This document shows, piece by piece, positions 61,096-64,000 of a stretch of 64,000 nt of DNA. The notes beneath the pieces were generated by a model that searched no databases, had not been told where the DNA came from, and worked only from the letters and a program-made list of their open reading frames with translations. Within the stretch, counting starts at the first letter, position 1, and the number at the start of each line of letters is the position of its first letter. The translations under genes and the position numbers were made by a program. The stretch comes from Terriglobia bacterium (GTDB lineage Bacteria > Acidobacteriota > Terriglobia > 20CM-2-55-15): NCBI GenBank assembly GCA_965198225.1, contig CBDAOY010000008.1:64001-128000 (forward strand). The letters are read 5' to 3'.

Positions 61096-62309
61096 TCCGG
61101 ACGGTCGGCGTTCTAACCCATGAGCGCCCTGATGTTCTCGAGCGGTGCCTCGACTCCCTGCAGGACAACCTGAAACGCCACGGGCGCGATGCGGTAGAGA
61201 TTCTTGTCGTAGACGACTCCAAGCCACCCAACGCACGTCTGAATCGGAGCCTGGTTGAGAGCCGGGAATGTGCTCGATACTTCGGAGCAGATGACAAGCA
61301 ACGGATGATCGAGCATATCGGAGCAGAGACCGGCGGAGCCCGCGAGCTGTTGGAGTTCGCGTTCCTTCCAGCCGGAGATGATCTCTTCTGTGCGGGCGCC
61401 AATCGCAACGTACTGCTGGCCCTCGGTTCCGGCCAGCGCTTCATTACCGCCGACGACGACAGCCTGGCCGAGTCGCGGCGCAGGGGTGATCCGGAGCCAA
61501 CCCGCTATCTGGACGCGCCGGAGCGCCGACCCTATGCGGAGGGACGGGATCTGTTCGAATCCGTTGAAGCGCTTGATGCAGCGTATCCCGAGGTTGATGT
61601 CGATCTCGTCGGCGCCCACGAAGAGTGGTTGGGCTCGAACGGTGTCCGCGTCACCCAATCACGAATCGCGGGTGCCCCCGACATGCCGGGTGACGCCCTC
61701 TTACAGATGTATGTCCAGTCCAGGAACCCCGCGTTGCTCGAGGGCATCGTTCCCTTCGTGGAAATAGACAAGGCTCGGGGCGCCGAGATCGTTACAGGAG
61801 GCGACGTTTGCTACCATGTGTGCGGCCTCGACCACACAGAGATCCTCTGGCCCAACCTGCCTTGCTACGAGGATGAGGATCTGATTTTCGCGCGCATACA
61901 CAGAGAACTGGCGGCACCGTTCATCACGATGAAGCTCCCCGTCAATCACTGGCACGACAAGGGAAACTTCGGCGACCCGGTCGCAGACGCCGTCCGTTAT
62001 TTTCCTGCTCGTTTTTGTCGCGATGTTGCCGATGCCATCGCGGCCCCATCGATCGAGGAGATTTGCTCGCGGGTGCAGGCACTCAAAGGGCCACGGGACC
62101 GTTTTGACGAGGCGCGTGAGCTTTTCGGTGGTTTCGTGGCAGCGGCACCAAACTTCTCCGTACAACTCGCTCCGTTTCTGCAACGCGACTCATACGAGGT
62201 CTACGCAAACCAGACTTTCACGGAGGTCCTCGCAGTCTACAATCGCTGGGCCGACGTGCTGCTTGTCTGGGATTCCTGGATGCAAGCGATGAGGAGTTTT
62301 CGTCGGTGA
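61092..62309 (+). CDS. GT-A fold (GT2-like) glycosyltransferase-like protein
   Basis: VGVLTHERPDVLERCLDSL, ILVVDDS, GANRN, FITADDD (DxD-like), EDEDL; GTGA overlap. Confidence 0.7.
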   Translation: MIRTVGVLTHERPDVLERCLDSLQDNLKRHGRDAVEILVVDDSKPPNARLNRSLVESRECARYFGADDKQRMIEHIGAETGGARELLEFAFLPAGDDLFCAGANRNVLLALGSGQRFITADDDSLAESRRRGDPEPTRYLDAPERRPYAEGRDLFESVEALDAAYPEVDVDLVGAHEEWLGSNGVRVTQSRIAGAPDMPGDALLQMYVQSRNPALLEGIVPFVEIDKARGAEIVTGGDVCYHVCGLDHTEILWPNLPCYEDEDLIFARIHRELAAPFITMKLPVNHWHDKGNFGDPVADAVRYFPARFCRDVADAIAAPSIEEICSRVQALKGPRDRFDEARELFGGFVAAAPNFSVQLAPFLQRDSYEVYANQTFTEVLAVYNRWADVLLVWDSWMQAMRSFRR

Positions 62310-62369
62310 GACGCAGGTCTGGCGGAAAGGAATCCGAGCGCATTCCGCCACCGAACTCGAAAGCGAAGA

Positions 62370-62399
62370 TTGACTTCAGGAGTTTAGGGTCATGATAAT
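62370..62399 (+). promoter_or_regulatory. Probable sigma70 promoter for tRNA-Gly
   Basis: TTGACT-N18-GATAAT 19 nt upstream of the tRNA. Confidence 0.5.
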
Positions 62400-62418
62400 G
62401 TTGACGGATCCGAACTAA

Positions 62419-62490
<72 letters not shown>

Positions 62491-62548
62491 CTTTAGTTTC
62501 AACCACTTGGAAGGTAGGCTGAAAAGTTATACCGCATTTATACCGCGT

Positions 62549-63692
62549 TTAGTTCACAAACGCCGATTCGAGCATCTCCGCCGCTTCAAGCCGACGTTCC
62601 AGCGAAGACTGGTTGTAGACCTCCATGTGTACCCCCAATCCGTGGCCTTGTTGATCGCTGATGACCTTAGGATCGGCTCCCAGGTTATTCATCAAGGTTG
62701 CGTGGGTTCTGCGCATTACGTGAAAATCCACCCACCCTAGACCTACCTCCCTGAGTGCTGGACGAATGTAGCGACGCATCGCGTTGTTTTTTGCTAGGGG
62801 CGTTCCTACAGCTTCGGAAGCGAATAGCCACCCATTTGGACCAGTGTCGGGAGAGCCTGCCAACCAGGAATCCATATCACGAACGACCATAGTTGAAAGT
62901 GCTACCAGACGCTTCGACCTCCGTGTTTTAGGTGTTCCGAGTTTGCCGCGATAAAGGCGCTCTTGCACGTCCACTGCATTCTCAGCGACCCGCCCGCGAC
63001 GCAATGCAAAGATCTCGCCGGGACGCATCCCGCCCAGAATCGCTAGTTTGACGATCAGACGTTCCCTAAGCGGTTGGATGGCGGCGGCGATCTTTACGTC
63101 CGCCAGGGTCATGCACCGACGCTCCGGCTTCGAGCATTCCGCTGGCGTAAATAACGACCTTGCGGCGTTCCGATCCGTGACTCGTTCCTCCTGAGCCAAC
63201 CCGAGAATCTGTCGAAGGTCCCAGCGAAGATGATCTGTTGTGCTGAATGACAGGCCGGATCTCGAATCGAGAAAGTCCTGAAGTTCGTCCCTCGTGAGTG
63301 TCCGTATCTGGCGATCACCGAGGCCGGCCACTATCTCTCGATCCACCCTGTCCCTGTTCGTCATGTAAGTCGATGCTTTCCATTTGCGCCGGTAGAAGGG
63401 AAGGTACACCTCTTCGATGAACTCCCTGACGGTACAATCTGGCGACACATCCACACGGGTATTGATCGGTTTCAAAATCGATGAACTCCCTGACGGTACA
63501 ATCTGGCCGGGTATTGATCGGTTTCAAAATGTCCGCTAGCTTGTCCCGTGCTTCCGACTTCGTGATCTTGTTCCCGCCCTTGCACGCACCGAGCAGTTTC
63601 GTCTTGTGGTTGCCTTCTTCTCTGTACTTACCGACCCAGTAGCGTCCGTCGCCGGACTTCGTTACCGAGCCTTTTTGATACCGTTTCCGCAT
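62549..63692 (-). pseudogene. Tyrosine recombinase/phage integrase, frameshifted by a 52 bp internal duplication
   Basis: N-terminus MRKRYQKGSV...WVGKYRE in one frame; GMRPGEIFAL, TPKT, FHVMRRTHAT, QQGH...Y in another; duplicated segment 63479-63530; converges on the tRNA 3' end. Confidence 0.85.
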
Positions 63693-63866
63693 GTGCACCA
63701 CCTCGAGGCCACGGTCCATGGTGATAGCGGCGTCGCAACTTACTACACAACCGGGACAACAAGGTACCCGGATGGGACAATCCTGCAGGGCATCTTTCGG
63801 GCTTCAATAGTGGCGATAAGGCAGGGAAACCAGTGGAAGTGGGCACACCTCCATGCCCAGCTCTAA
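63690..63866 (+). pseudogene. NTF2/SnoaL-like protein C-terminal fragment
   Basis: VHHLEATVHGDSGVATYYTTG...RASIVAIRQGNQWKWAHLH abuts the integrase start with no N-terminus. Confidence 0.5.
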
Positions 63867-64000
63867 ACACAACAAGTTTCGCGGAAATCATTCGCCGACT
63901 CACGAGACCCCTCCACGCTTCGTCTCCGGCGTAGAGTCTTGTGGCGCCGGGCTTCGGCAGTTTTTCGCCGGGCTGTCCTACTGCGACTAGGGGTCCGATT

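Noticed and set aside
62549-63692. Idea that this integrase mobilises the RiPP cluster
   Set aside because: The cluster lies 5' of the intact tRNA while the integrase lies 3', and I saw no tRNA-end duplication left of the cluster

Overview
Bacterial chromosomal window, GC-rich, most consistent with an Acidobacteriota genome (inference from tandem acidobacterial-type VWA genes, a DUF1549/1553-DUF1501 operon and the gene order). It has four parts. (1) 1-11080: end of the dcw cluster (mraY-murD-ftsW-murG-murC-ftsQ-ftsA-ftsZ) plus a JAMM/Mov34 gene, with heptamer/hairpin repeats in the spacers. (2) 11081-21561: a ~10.5 kb decayed accessory island bounded by co-oriented IS5-family ends. It holds IS256, IS1182 and IS1380 fragments, an internally deleted Tn3-type mini-transposon, a double-Cache/cytochrome P460 fusion, a TPR protein, and an ORF-less group II intron whose EBS1 matches its insertion site in an attC-like GTTRRRY core. 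(3) 21.6-53.1 kb: housekeeping and envelope genes (GT4, nfeD-stomatin, lnt, prfB with +1 frameshift, recG, rsmD, coaD, aminotransferase, two creatininase-like proteins, mutY, VWA x2, kdsB-pyrG-kdsA-kdsC, DUF1549/1553-DUF1501, nitrilase). GTAG-type REP doublets, a 6x130 bp REP array and two ~273 bp covarying structured elements lie among them. (4) 53.4-62.3 kb: the strongest candidate for an undescribed system, a Nif11-leader RiPP cluster. Its predicted core AGISGPGKISGIGGVDIPTTESAIKWARCW is accompanied by four different radical SAM enzymes, two 2OG-Fe(II) oxygenases and a GT-A-fold protein, but no transporter or peptidase. tRNA-Gly(CCC) and a frameshifted tyrosine integrase follow. All calls come from reading motifs by eye; no database searches were run.
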